A stretch of 64,000 nt of DNA from assembly GCA_013239625.1 (NCBI GenBank), contig MU053493.1, positions 753,793 to 817,792 of the forward strand, given 5' to 3'. The notes beneath the pieces were generated by a model, which worked only from the letters and a program-made list of their open reading frames with translations, was not told where the DNA came from and did not search any database. Position numbers and translations under genes: made by a program. This document shows positions 52,990 to 64,000 of the stretch, piece by piece. Numbering within the stretch: position 1 is the stretch's first letter; the number at the start of each line of letters is the position of its first letter. Source of the DNA: Lama guanicoe (lineage: Eukaryota).

Positions 52990-55925
52990 ATGATTAAGTT
53001 ATTTTTATCAGACTAGACTTCCTGCCGAGAAATCTGTATTAAAACAAGCGAACAAACAAACAAATAATGATCAACAGCTGTTTGAAGGTACTGGAGAGCA
53101 AAAGAGGCATCCAGGACTTGAGCAGCTATGATCTTTGGGAAAGAAAAACATTGAGGTAAGGGAGATTCTCTCCTCCACATTTTCCCCTTGGCACATCTGC
53201 TGATTTTCATCATTGTGGCTGTCTCAGGGCCACCGACTTAGTCAGATCTGGATGGGCCAAGATCCCAGAGATGAGAAAGCCCTGCATTCTGTGTGACTTT
53301 TACTATCATGTCAAATCCTAAGCTATGGAAGTGTGAGAAGCTAAAAATATAATTAATGTACAGATATTTAGAGGCTAAATGACTTTGCAGACCTTTCATT
53401 TGTCTCATGGTACTGGGGAGAAAAAATAGAGTTTATAGTTCACCAAGGAGGGGAAATGCTTGGTAAGTATGCTACTACTTGGGTTGAAAATCCAGAAAGG
53501 CTATTTCCTAGGAACAAGAACAATCCAAAAATAGGCCAGCCCTTAGATAGCCTGAAATTCAGACTCAACACTTCTACTCTTGGTTGAATCAAGAGGTTGC
53601 CCTTCTTCTGATATATGCGCCTGAAAGAAGGGCATTAAATTCTGTCTGGAGAAAAGAAACACCCCCTTCAGAGCTTCCACTGATTTTCATACACAATGAA
53701 AAGCACTTGATATAAAATTATAAAGAATACAAAGATACAGTACCAAATAGCTACCTCTAAGAAAATAGACAATAAGAACAAATTAATTAATTGGTTGTCT
53801 AAAAATTAAAATCATTAGACGTGGTCTTTAAAGTAATGATAGCTAATATATTCAATATAGAGGATGCCATAACACATTTTAATAGAGAACAGTGTAAAAA
53901 TAAACTAAATGGACATTCTTACAAGTAAAAATATTGCTAAAATTACTAATTCAGATGAGTATAACAATAGATTGGACAGGGAAGAAGAAAGTAGTAATAA
54001 ACTGGCAAACATGTCAGTAGGAAATATCTAGATGGAAGCCTAAAGATGATAAAGGATGAGAAATAAAGAAATGAATGCCAAAGACATACAGAGCATGGAG
54101 AAAAGCTCTAACATATACATTACCATAATCCTAGAAGGAAAGAAGAGATAATGAATGAAATAGACATAACAAATGAAATAACACTGGCCATAGATTTTCT
54201 AAAATAGATAAAGTATTTCAAGTCATGTAATCAAGAAACTCTCCGAATCCTATACAGGATAAAAAAAAAAGTACACTAGATCAGACCATAGCAAAACTGC
54301 TGAAAACTAGAGACAAGAACAAATCCATGCAGCCAGAAGAAAAATGACACATCATATTTAATGGAGCAACAATCATACAAGAAAGATACAACTAGCCAAG
54401 TACACTTTTATTTTTTTAAATCAATCAGTTTTATCTATTACATTTACAGAATAAAGGAGAAGAAACAAACAATCATCTAAAAAGAATAAAACATTTGATA
54501 AATTTCAACAATTGTTTATAATGAAGATTCCTAGTTAATGAGTATCTCAGCCTGTTCAGGTTGCTGTAACAAAATACCAGAGACTTGGTGGCTTATAAAC
54601 ATCAGAAATTTGTTTCTCACAGTTCTGGGGGCTGGAAGGCCAAGATCATGGCCAGGTTCTGGTGAAGCCCAACTTCCAGGTGGGAGGCTGCTGGCTTGTT
54701 TCAGTGTCCTTACATGGTGGAAGAAGCTAAGGATGGCAATGCAGTCTTCTTTTGTAAGAGCACTAATCCAATTCATGAGGGCTTCACCCTTAGTCCCAGT
54801 CACATCCTAAAGTCCCACCTCCTAACATCATCACACTGGGCATTAGGATTTCAATAGATTAATTTAGAGGAGGTCACAAACATTCAGACAATAGCAACCA
54901 GAAGTAGAAAGGAAGTTTCTTACATTTTTAAGTATATCTGTGAAGAAACCTACAGTTCACAGTATGAATAATGATGATATTGGGTGTTTCTCCTTGAGGA
55001 AAGAGACAAGACAAAGATGTCCACTGTACCACCTATATTCTGTATTGCCTGGAGGTTGTATGCTGTGTAAATCATTGTATGCTGTGTAAAAAGTCAAGAG
55101 AGAAAAACTAGTAGAGATTAAGAAAGTGAATATTCACTGTTTGCAGATTGTTTACATAGAAGACCCTAAAGAATCTACAAATGATTTTGACTTTAGAAAC
55201 CCTGATGATATTAAAGCCAACATAAAAAGTCAATGTCATCTCTATTGTTTTTCTAAACATTATCAGCAAACATTTAGAAAATAAAATTTGAAAAGCAACT
55301 TAATAACACTATTTACAACATTACGAAGAATATAATGTTACCTGTGAATAAATCTAATCAATGTTCAAACATTGCTGAGGGAAATTTAAAAAATTTAAAT
55401 AAAAAGCTATATATTCCTAAATAGATTGAACATTTCAATGTTAACATGTCAATCTCCTTTGTCCCCCAAATTGATCAATGGAATACTGTCAAAATACAAG
55501 CAGGTTTTAAAATCAGAATTCTAAAATGTATATGAAATAGAAAGGATGTAAATACCCAGAACAGTCAATTTAAAACCACAGTGGAACAAAGCTGGAAGAC
55601 TTAAACTACTATCTATCATTAACCATTATAAATCATTAGTAAACAATTAAGCATGGATACTGGTAAAAGGGAAACAATAAAACATTGGAATAGAGTAACA
55701 AATAAGAAACATACACATAAATTTGTGGCCACTTGGTTTACAACAAAGGAATGAGCATAATTCAACAGAAAAATGATGACAGTCATTTCAATAAATAATG
55801 TCGTGTCAACTTGCTAGTTATGTGTAATAAAAAACAGATCTTGGTGCCTGCCTAACATCACACACAAAATTCCATTTGAAATGGTTCAGAGACCTAAAAT
55901 TTAAAGGTAAAAACAATACTATTTC
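52990..55925 (+). mobile_element. Ancient L1M (5'/ORF1/ORF2 remnants) interrupted by an MLT1A LTR
   Basis: Degenerate ORF1-like and RT-like A-rich sequence on both sides of the LTR. Confidence 0.55.
54541..54896 (-). mobile_element. MLT1A-like solo LTR
   Basis: About 355 bp: ctgttcaggttgctgtaacaaaatacc...ctcacagttctgggggctgg...cacaaacattcagacaatagca. Confidence 0.75.
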
Positions 55926-55929
55926 TCAT

Positions 55930-56283
55930 ACAGAGCAGGGGAGCAACCTGCAGCGGGAGAGGGCAGGTTGGCACCCGCATTCCTGCCAGGAGCACAGCAC
56001 CTGATTGCAGTGCTGGGAGGGGGTGAGATCACCCGCCTACATCACACAAGAACATCATCTGACCATGGCATCAGGAGGGGGGGTAACATGCCTGCCACCA
56101 TGTAAGAGCACCAAACCTGACTGAAGTACTGGGAGAGGACACAATCTGCTTGCTGACAGGAACTGGGAGAAGCACAGATGAGGAGGGTCAACAGAGGGCC
56201 TCTGGAAGGAGCAATTTTAGTTCACAAAACAGGGCAAACGCAGAAAGACCTCTTCATAAAATCATTAAGAGTGCACACAATCA
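55930..56283 (+). mobile_element. Fragment of L1 5'UTR interior
   Basis: Aligns by eye, with many substitutions, to the reverse complement of ~43400-43740 (e.g. cacaatctgcttgc.gacagg.actgggag..gcacagatga). Confidence 0.75.
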
Positions 56284-59200
56284 AGGGAGGGAGCTCAAGA
56301 TGGCAGAGTAGAAGGATGCTAGTAGCTCACCCTCTCCAACAAATACACCAAGACTCACATCCACAGACCCACTCAGCCAACCAGAGCACCTGCGGAATTC
56401 TGACAGAACATTGTCCAATTCAAAAGACAGAGATGCCAAAAATCTGTATTATTTCTACACAGGCATTAGACAGATAAATAAATAAACTCCTTAAAGACCA
56501 CAATAGATAACTGATACTCCATAAGCCAGAGTGCCAGAGAGCTATGAGTAACATGCAGAAGCAGAGAAACCATTTCCAATTAAAGGACAAGAAAAATCCA
56601 CTGAAAGAATGATAAAGGAAATAGACACCAATAGACTACTAGATCAAGATTTCAAAAAAGGAGTGATCAAAGTACTGAAGGAACTAAAAGAGATAGTGTT
56701 TAAAGGCATAAAATATGTCAAAAATGAAATTGAAGCTATAAAGAAAAGCCAAGTAGAATTGATAAACTCATTGGATGAGATGAGAAATGATCTAAAGGCT
56801 GTGCAAAACAGACTAGATAATGTAGAGAAACAAATTAGTGACACAGAAGACAAGACAACTGAAAGCACACAATCAGAACAGCTACAAGATAAAAAAAATA
56901 AAAACAAATGAACACAGCATAAGGGACCTATGGGATAATATAAGGTGTGCCAATCTTCGCATAATAGGGGTCCTAGAAGGGGAAGAAAGATCAAAGGGGA
57001 TTGAAATGGCATTGGAAGAAATCATGACTGAAAACTTCCCAAACTTAAAGAAGGATTCAGATATCCAAGTAAAGGAAACTCAGATGGTTCCAAACAGGAA
57101 GAACCCAAATAGACAAACACAAAGACATATCAAAATCAAGATGGCCAGAGTCAAGGATAAAGAAATGATCCTAAAGGCAGCAAGAGAAAAGCAAAGAGTG
57201 AGTTACAAGGGAACCCCCACAAAACTCTCAGATGATTTCCCTGTACAAACACTACAGGCCAGAAGGGAGTGGCAAGATATATTCAAAGTCCTGAATGAAA
57301 AAAAAAAAAGATGCAGCTTAGGATACTTTAATCCAGCAAGGCTTTAGGATAGAAGTAGACATAAAGAATTTCACAAAAAAGAAAAAACTACAACAGTTTA
57401 GCAACACTAAACCCATGCTAAAAGAAATAATGAAAGATCTACTCTAAATAGAAAAGCATCACGATGCAACAGAAATGAGAAACTCACAACTGGAAACGTG
57501 ATAACTCATGAATTAAAAATAAAAACGAAATTATAAAAGAAGAAATCTTAATCATTGGAAGAATGAGGCAGGAAAATATAGAATCCTTCTTTCTTTTTTT
57601 CTTTTTAAAATTTTTTGTTCTAGTTAGGATGGGTTGTAGATCATGTTACAAAAATGAGGAACTCATAACTGGAAAGGTGATAACTACCATGAATTACAAA
57701 TAGAATAAACACAAAATTGTAAAAGAAGACATGTAAATCATTAAGACTAGGAGAGGGAAGCAAGAAAATATAGAGTATTTTTTTCTTTCTTTTTATTTTA
57801 ATTTTTTTCTTCTCAGTAGGATGGGTTTCAGATTACATTACTATCAGTTTAGCACAAACAGTTATGGTAATAGGTCAATAGACTTACAAAAAAGGGTAAC
57901 CACAAGCCAAAAACTTACAAGGGAGTCACAAAAACTAAATAAAATTCATGATAATACAAAGGAAAATGATCAAGTCACAAAAGAAGAAAGAAAGGAAGAA
58001 AGAGGAAATTTTCAAATCAATGGCAAATATAAGTTCAAAATGGCAATAGACACAAATCTATCATTAATTACCAAAAGTGTTAATGGACTAAACGCTCCCG
58101 TCAAAAGACATTGACTGGCAGACTGGATACTAAAGCAAGAACCATCAGTGTGCTGCATACCAGAGACCCACTTTAGGGAGAAGGACATATATAGATTGAC
58201 AGTGAAAGGGTGCAAAAGGATATTCCACACAAATGGAAAAGCCAAAAACGCAGATGTTGCAGTACTGATTTCAGACAAAATAGACTTTAAAACAAGGGCC
58301 ATATAGAAAGATAAAGAAGGACATTTTATAATGATTAAAGGAGTGATATAAGATGAGGATATTACACTCATTAATATATATGTACCCAATATAGGAGCAC
58401 CTAAGTACATAAATCAATTACTAACAGAGATAAAGGGGGATATTGATGGTAATACAATCATAGTTGGAGATTTTAAAACCACATTAACATCACTAGACTG
58501 ACGTTTCAGACAGAAAATAAATAAGGCAACAGAGAAATTAAATAATACAATAGAAAAAGTAGATTTGTTGGATATTTCCAGAGGAGTACACCACCCAAAA
58601 AATAGGATATACATTCTTTTCAAGTGCACATGGAACATTTTCTAGCATTGATCATGTACTTGGGCACAAAAGAAACCTCAACAATTTTAAGAAGATAGAA
58701 ATTATCTCAAGCATCTTTACTGACCACAATGCCATGAAACTAGAAATCAACTACAGAGAAACAAAGGAGAAAAAAAAACAGAAAGCATGGAGATTAAACA
58801 ATATGTTATTAAAAAACCAATGGGTAAATGAGGAAATCAAAGCCGAAATTAAGAAATACCTTGAGAAAAGATGAAACTGACCACTTGAAAAAACTGATAA
58901 CTAGAAATTAAATCGAATTAGCAATTAAAAAAAAACCTCCCTACAAATAAAAGTCCAGGACTGGATGACATCACCAGGAAATTATACCAAATATATAAAG
59001 AAGAACTCATACCAGTCCTTCTGAAAATCTTTCAGACGTTTGAAGAGAGGGACACTCCCAAACTCATTCTATGAAGCTACCATCACCCTGATACCAAAAT
59101 CAGGCAAAGACACTACCAAAAGAGAGAATTACAGACCAATATCACTGATGAAGATAGACGCAAAAATCCGCACCACAATATTAGCAAATAGAATCCAACA

Positions 59201-62115
59201 ACACATAAAAAAGATTATACATCATGATCAAGTGTGGTTCATCCAAGTGACACAAGGGTGTTTCAATATATGGAAATCAATCAATGTAATTCATCCTATC
59301 AACAAGAGAAAGAACAAAAACCACATGATCATCTCAATAGATGCAGAAAAAGCATTTGATAAAATTCAACACCCATTTATGATAAAAACTATCACCAATG
59401 TGGTTATAGAGGGAACATATCTCAACATAATAAAAGCTTTATATGGCAAACCTACAGCCAGCATAGTACTCAACGGTGAAAAACTCAAAAGCTTTCCACT
59501 AAAATCTGGGACAAGACGAAGATGCCCACTATTACCACTCCAATTCAACATAGTCCTGTAAGTCCTAGCCACAGCAATCAGGCAAGAGAGTGAAATAAAA
59601 GGGATCCAAATTGGAAAAGAAGGGATAAAAGTGTCACTATATGCTGATGACATGTTATTATATATAGAAAACCCTAAAAGGTCCACACAAAAACTACCAG
59701 ACCTGATTGAAGAATTCAGCAAGGAAGCAGGTTACAAGTTTGATGTTCCCAAATCAGTTGCATTTTTTTACACTCACAATGAATCAACAGAAAAAGAATG
59801 TAAGGAAACAATCCCCTTTAAAATAGCACTGAAAATAATAAAATATCTAGGAATAAATCTAACCAAGGATGTGAAAGAATTATACACAGACAACTGTAAA
59901 CCACTGATGAAGGAAATTAAAGAAAAGTTTGAAAAATGGAAAGATATCCCATGCTCTTGGATTGGAAGAATCAATATTGTTAAAATGGTCACACTGCCCA
60001 AGGTAATCTACAGATTTAATGCAATCCCTATCAAATGACCCCCGACATATTTCACAGAACTAGAACAAACCATAGTAAAATCTATATGGAACCATCAAAG
60101 ACCTGGAATTGCCAAAGCATTACTGAAGAGAAAGAAAGGCTGGAGGAATAACTCTTCCAGACTTCAGACAATACTATAGAGCTACAGTCATCAAGACAGC
60201 ATGGTATTGGTACAAAAACAGACATATAGACGGACAGAATAGAACAGAGAGCCCAGAAATGAACCCACAAACTTTTGGTCAACTCATCTTCAACAAAGGA
60301 AGGAAGAATTTACAATGGAATAAAGACAGTCTCTTCAGCAAATGGTGTTGGGAAAACTGGACAGCAGCATGTAAATCAATGAGGCTAGAACACTCCCTTA
60401 CACCATATACAAAAATATACTAAAAATGGATCAAAGTCTTAAACATAAGACAAGATACAATAAACCTCCTAGAGGAAAATATAGGCAAAACATTATCTGA
60501 CATACATCTCAAAAATGTTCTCCTAGAAGAAATAAAACCAAGAATAAACAAATGGGNNNNNNNNNNNNNNNNNNNGAATTGCCAAAGCATTACTGAAGAG
60601 AAAGAAAGGCTGGAGGAATAACTCTTCCAGACTTCAGACAATACTATAGAGCTACAGTCATCAAGACAGCATGGTATTGGTACAAAAACAGACATATAGA
60701 CGGACAGAATAGAACAGAGAGCCCAGAAATGAACCCACAAACTTTTGGTCAACTCATCTTCAACAAAGGAAGGAAGAATTTACAATGGAATAAAGACAGT
60801 CTCTTCAGCAAATGGTGTTGGGAAAACTGGACAGCAGCATGTAAATCAATGAGGCTAGAACACTCCCTTACACCATATACAAAAATATACTAAAAATGGA
60901 TCAAAGTCTTAAACATAAGACAAGATACAATAAACCTCCTAGAGGAAAATATAGGCAAAACATTATCTGACATACATCTCAAAAATGTTCTCCTAGAAGA
61001 AATAAAACCAAGAATAAACAAATGGGGTGTAATGAAGCTTACAAGCTTCTGCACAGCAAAGGAAACCACAAGTAAAACAAAAGGACAACCTACAGAATGG
61101 GAGAAAATTTTTGCAAATGAAACCGACAAAGACTTGATCTCCAGTATATATAAGCAGCACATATGACTCAATAAGAAGAAAATAAACAACCCAATCCAAA
61201 AATGGGCAGAAGACATAAACAAGCAATTCTCCAAGGAAGACATACAAATGATCAATAGGCACATGAAAAAATGCTCAATATCACTAATTATCAGAGAAAT
61301 GCAAATCAATACTATTATGAGGTATCACCTCACACCAGTCAGAATGGCCATCATTCAAAAATCCACAAATGAAAATGCCTGAAAGGCTGTGTAGAAAAGG
61401 GAACACTCCTACACTGCTGGTGGGAATGCAGTTTGGTAAAGTCACTGTGGAAAACAGTATGGGCATTCCTCAAAAGACTAGGAATATACCTACCATACAA
61501 CCCAGGAATCCCACTTCTGGGCTTATATCCAGAAGGAACCCTACTTCAGGATGACACCTGCACCCCAATGTTCATAGCAGCATTATTTACAATAGCCAAG
61601 ACATGGAGACAGCCTAAATGTCCATCAGTGGATGACTGGATGAAGAAGAATTGGTATATTTATACAATGGAATACTACTCAACCATACAAAGTGACAACA
61701 TAATGCCATTTGCAACAACATAGATGCTCCTGGAGAATGTCATTCTAAGTGAAGTAAGCCAGAAAGAGAAAGAAAAATACCATATGAGATTGCTCATATG
61801 TGGAATCTTAAAACAAAACAAAAAACAAAGTATAAACACGGAACAGAAATAGACTCATAGACATAGAATACATACTTTGGTTGCCCAGTGGGTGGGGGGT
61901 GGGAAGAGATACGCTGGGATTTCAAAATTGTAGAATAGATAAACAAGATTATACTGTATAGCACAGGGAAATATATACAATATCTTATGGTAGCTCACAG
62001 AGAAAGGAATGTGACAGTGAATGTATATGTGTTCATGTATAATTGAATAATTGTGCTCTACACTGGAATTTGACACAACACTTAAAATGATTATAAATCA
62101 ATAAAAAAAGTTAAA
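56284..62115 (+). mobile_element. L1 with spliced 5'UTR (SpIRE-like), disrupted ORFs, internal ORF2 deletion, spans an assembly gap
   Basis: 5' start with YY1 caagatggc (56296-56304). Splice-like junction at 56446/56447. ORF1 ATG ~56553. ORF1 fragments 56609-57347, EN 57821-58400, RT fragments 59040-60038 including YADD (ORF 59631-60038), 3'UTR and A tail to ~62115. Confidence 0.92.
60557..60575. other. Assembly gap (19 N) flanked by an exact 451-bp duplication
   Basis: 60106-60556 appears identical to 60576-61026. Confidence 0.95.
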
Positions 62116-62715
62116 AAGATAAATAAGCCTAAAGAAAGCCCAGGGGAGAAAATAACACAAATTAGAATATAAATCAATACAATTTAAATTAGGAAAACAA
62201 TAGAAATTCAACAAAACCAAAAATTGGTTCTTCACATGCATCAGTGAAATTGATAGATCTGTAGCCAAGCACAAGAGGGAGGGAGAGAGAGAGAGATGGA
62301 AAACACAACATCTGATACTTGAATTCTGTTTGTGGCATTGCCCTCAAATGGTCATGCATTCTCTGTAATATATTTGACTTACACATTTCATGTTCTGGTC
62401 ATAAGGTGTTAAGGAAGAGTCTGATGAAGGGTCACAAATTTTGATGATTAATTATATCATGGCCTCTGACCTGCTAAACATTCTCTACCATGAGGAATAA
62501 CACACACCAAACTCCATGACAAACAGTCCCCTAACCCATACTAATGGTCCATGGATCTAGTATCTTGATTATCTCCAAGGTTTTCATTGCTCTTTCTTTT
62601 TTGCCAACTGCTTGATCACTTTAATGTTGTAATCCTTTAGATCATTGCTATTTCTTGTTTGTCCTTATATAAAAATCATCTATCGATGATTAATATATGA
62701 CCAATGATAGACAGT

Positions 62716-62716
<1 letters not shown>

Positions 62717-62772
<56 letters not shown>
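62717..62772. repeat. (TAGA)14 microsatellite
   Basis: Direct read. Confidence 0.95.
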
Positions 62773-63194
62773 AAATAGATAACCAGTCTTCTATTACCTT
62801 GGATAAATTTAATCTGTCCATTTTAGCTCAGTGTAGAGCAGTCCTCATTCCTCAATCTTACCCCACTGCCCACTACAATCTCCCAATGTGTCCTAGCCTA
62901 ATGCTGAGACGTCTTTTTTTATAACCACTTTTTGTTGTGCAAATATATAATGTACTATTTTACATAAATTGCTGTTAGAATCTATTAAATCTAATTATTA
63001 TTCTTTGGACACACTATGTATTGCACAAACCAATCCTAGGTTCAAGATTTTTCCCTTTCTCTGTCAGCAAAGTCTTCTGAAAATGTCAGTTATTGTTTAA
63101 GGGTTATAATTTCACCCACATCGATGAAGTTTTCATTTCAGGTCTGGAAGAAAAGAGAGATTTTGGCATTTACTCTGTTCATTCAGCACTTATA

Positions 63195-64000
63195 TCTTTT
63201 TTTTGTTTTAATTGAAGTACAGCTGGTTACAATGTGTCAATTTCTGATATACAACACAATGTCCCAGTCATGCATATACATAAAAATTCATTTTCATATT
63301 CTTTTTCATTAAATGTTATTACAAGATATTGAACATAATTCCCTATGATATACAGAAGAAACTTTTAAAATCTATTTTTATATATAATGGCTAACATTTA
63401 TAAATCTCAAACTCCCAAATTTATCTCTTCCTACACCATTTTCCCAGTAACTATAAGATTGTTTACTATGTCTGCAAGTCTATTCCTGTTTTGTAGATGA
63501 GTTCATAGTGTCCTTTATTTTTCTTTATTCTTTCAGGTTCCACATATGAGTGATATCATATGGTATTTTTCTTTTTCTTTCTGGCTTACTTCACTTAGAA
63601 TGATGATCTCTATGTCCATTCATGTTGCTGCAAATGGCATTATTATATTCTTTTTTATGGCCAAGTAGTATTCTGTGGTATAAATATAGCACATCTTTAT
63701 CCAGTTATCTGTTGAAGGACATTTAGGTTGTTTCCATGTCTTGGCTAGTGTAAATAGTGCTGCTGTGAGCACTGGGGTGCATGTATCTTTTCAAATTAGA
63801 ATTTCCTCTGGATATATGCCCAGGAGGGGGGATAGCTGAATCATATGGTAAGTCTATTTTTAGTTTTTTGAGGAATCTCCATACTGTTTTCCATAAAGGC
63901 TGCACCAAACTACATTCCTATTGGCAGTGTAGGAGGGCTTCCTTTTCTCCACATCCTCTCCAGCATTTATTATTTATAGACTTTTCAATGATGGCCATTC
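63195..64000 (-). mobile_element. L1 3' end running off the window edge
   Basis: T-rich tail and 3'UTR; ORF 63723-63908(-) [22 protein letters not shown] is the ORF2 C-terminus. Confidence 0.88.

Noticed and set aside
60106..61026. Perfect 451-bp tandem duplication within L1 ORF2
   Set aside because: The copies appear identical and are separated exactly by the N gap, in an element otherwise visibly diverged from its relatives. This is an unmerged contig overlap.
1..64000. CRISPR arrays, operons or other prokaryotic systems
   Set aside because: The sequence is clearly mammalian and no repeat-spacer arrays were seen.

Overview
Mammalian genomic DNA, most likely camelid (a Vic-1-type tRNA-derived SINE is present). 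The only protein-coding gene I can support is the intronless makorin retrogene MKRN3 (minus strand, 3895-5397) with its CpG-island promoter. The rest of the window is the MKRN3 upstream flank. By human gene order, recalled rather than checked, this side faces away from MAGEL2/NDN and so may be the outer edge of the Prader-Willi imprinted domain. It is dominated by L1 elements (one full-length 7.1 kb copy with TSDs, two internally deleted near-full-length copies, many truncated copies), plus MaLR/ERV remnants, MIRs and microsatellites. Best leads: (1) the L1 at 56.3 kb lacks exactly a GT-AG-bounded 1456-nt segment of the 5'UTR present in the full-length L1 at 37.5-44.6 kb, so it looks retrotransposed from a spliced RNA; (2) MKRN3 appears to read through its ancestral stop and ends in a CaaX-like tail (CCLVC); (3) an orphan CpG island about 24.5 kb upstream has bidirectional ZNF143/YY1/ETS promoter architecture; (4) a near-consensus CTCF site at 48.6 kb; (5) an unexplained ~70-bp-arm inverted repeat at 47.0-47.3 kb. 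A 451-bp exact duplication around the N gap is an assembly artefact. Repeat family names, boundaries and identity estimates are by eye, and human comparisons are from memory.
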